This document shows, one piece after another, positions 62,647 through 64,000 of a stretch of DNA of 64,000 bases (the stretch's first letter is position 1; each line of letters begins with the position of its first letter). The stretch is from Yuukianura sp. NJ FZ-2021. Its lineage: Eukaryota. The stretch is from NCBI GenBank assembly GCA_046563655.1, contig CM102287.1, positions 5,208,001-5,272,000 on the forward strand. The letters run 5' to 3'. The translations under genes were made by a program, and so were the position numbers. Below the pieces are notes generated by a model that was not told the origin of the DNA, searched no databases, and worked only from the letters and a program-made list of their open reading frames with translations.

Positions 62647-63269
62647 TGCACTTGTGGGCAGGTTTTTGCTCTACTGTGACAGTAAAAAAAAGACAGTCGT
62701 GTCATTTCACAAGAGTTGAAATGTTTTTATAAATAATAATATGTTAATATTTAATTACTGAATATTGAAACGTCGTTTGCTGCTCACTCTAACCTTTTCG
62801 AAGTCAAAAAACTCGCAACGCCGAAGAACAACCGACCAGCGCTTTGCTTATTCTTGCGAACTGCAGTTTCAAGTCCAACTTATGATGATGATGCATCATA
62901 ATGGGGATGGCAATCGTGGTTATTTGTTTTAGCAGTTGAAGTGTTTTTAATTACAAAAAAATACACTGCTGCTATTGACATTTTTTAGAAATAGAAGCTT
63001 TGTAAAAGTTTTCGTTCCGCACTTCTTTTTAAAACATTTCTTTTAGTTATTCAGTTTAAAATCAACGAAACGTGCTGCTGCATGATGAACAGATCCTAAA
63101 AATAGAAAGTTTTAGAAAGAAAAAAAGTTTTTGTACAGGAAGAGTTTTCTGTTAAAGTTCAGTTTTTTGAATGAATCCAGACTTTGTGCGCTATGGAAAT
63201 CGTGTACAGTGGTACAACATAACTTTCTAGAGTTCCAAAGTTGAAGAATTGAACTCAGAAATCTAAGAA

Positions 63270-64000
63270 ATGGAAAGTCTATTGAACGCGAATGTGAAAG
63301 AGACCAGTCGAGGTCAGTTGAAAAGTGACAGAGAGGTCATCGAAGGTCAACTCAGAAGTGACAAAGACAAAGTTCAAGACATGTGTCACCTCCATAACGT
63401 GACTTCACAGTTTCATTTGAAGTGCCAAAATCAGTCTCAAGTCAACAGCACTGTTTTCGCAGACAAAATAGACTTCATCAGGGCACTCAAGGACCTCTTC
63501 ACATGGACTTCCCCATGTAGCCCCCCATTCATCAACCTCCTAAAAAGTACAACATCTTACTATTTTATCTTTGTGTCCTACTTTCAAAATCCTGCGCATA
63601 CAGCTTAATCACTGACCCTAATCGTCTCAACATGCTCCACTTCCCAAAATTTGCAAAACTTTGCCACTTTCCTGAAGCCTCATTTTCTTTAATCTCCATT
63701 TTAAATCTATTCTCAGAATATGAAAAATGTGGCGAAACATCAACGCAGTTCCGGCAGCGTGGAAACGAGGCCTATCGTACTCGGAACTTCTCGGAAGCTC
63801 TTCGGCAGTACAATTTAGCCATTATGTTTGGACCACCAGAGGGGGAGTCGTTGGCCTTGGCTTATGGCAATAGGGCTGCCCTCCTTCTGGAAATGGGCCA
63901 CCCCGATCTCAGTGTCCAGGACATTGACAGAGCGTTGGAGTGTCAATGTCCTGAGGGCTTCAAGATCAAGTTGGATGCCAGAAGGACGAGAGCGAATAAC
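63270..64000 (+). CDS. SMYD4-like SET/MYND protein, N-terminal TPR region (runs off window)
   Basis: Probable exon 63270-63546 and exon from 63717: FRQRGNEAY...ALRQYNLAI...SLALAYGNRAALL...QDIDRAL...KLDARR, the TPR pattern of SMYD4-type N-termini. SET domain not visible. Confidence 0.7.

Noticed and set aside
61997..62719. Alternative-frame ORFs (Pro-rich, RRKRWIWW repeats) or a CRISPR array
   Set aside because: By-products of a stop-free 30-bp tandem repeat with no unique spacers; only the Gly-rich frame has a signal peptide, anchor and synonymous variation.

Overview
Eukaryotic, AT-rich arthropod (hexapod-like; springtail is only a guess) genomic DNA with short GT-AG introns, so most real genes are split and the ORF track shows only fragments. 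Hand-spliced genes, left to right: a small Cys/Pro-rich orphan (10457), lin-28 (+), TAK1/MAP3K7 (-), CMP-sialic acid synthetase (+), a secreted GBP/ENF/secapin-like peptide precursor with a partial duplicate, a DM9-repeat protein (-), a cuticle protein (+), a divergent PDSS2-like gene (-), Leo1 (+), a SIFamide-receptor-like GPCR (+), a hidden four-TM gene (-), a Gly-rich GPI-type protein (-) and the start of a SMYD4-like gene (+). Mobile elements: two tandem DINE-1/HINE-like elements, a young full-length Ty3/gypsy element in the GPCR intron, several MITEs (one three-level nest) and a Tc1 derivative. Two observations stand out. (1) The Tc1 derivative is a near-perfect 1.66-kb foldback (two left halves, head to head) sitting inside a coding exon of the four-TM gene, so host transcription should yield a ~650-bp transposase hairpin, a candidate natural silencer. 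(2) The gypsy element carries, where env would be, a spliced non-env third gene encoding an acidic, Arg-rich, CCHC-knuckle protein, a candidate accessory RNA-regulatory factor. Bases 1-10000 look mostly intronic, UTR or regulatory. All family calls are from motif recognition by eye, not database searches.
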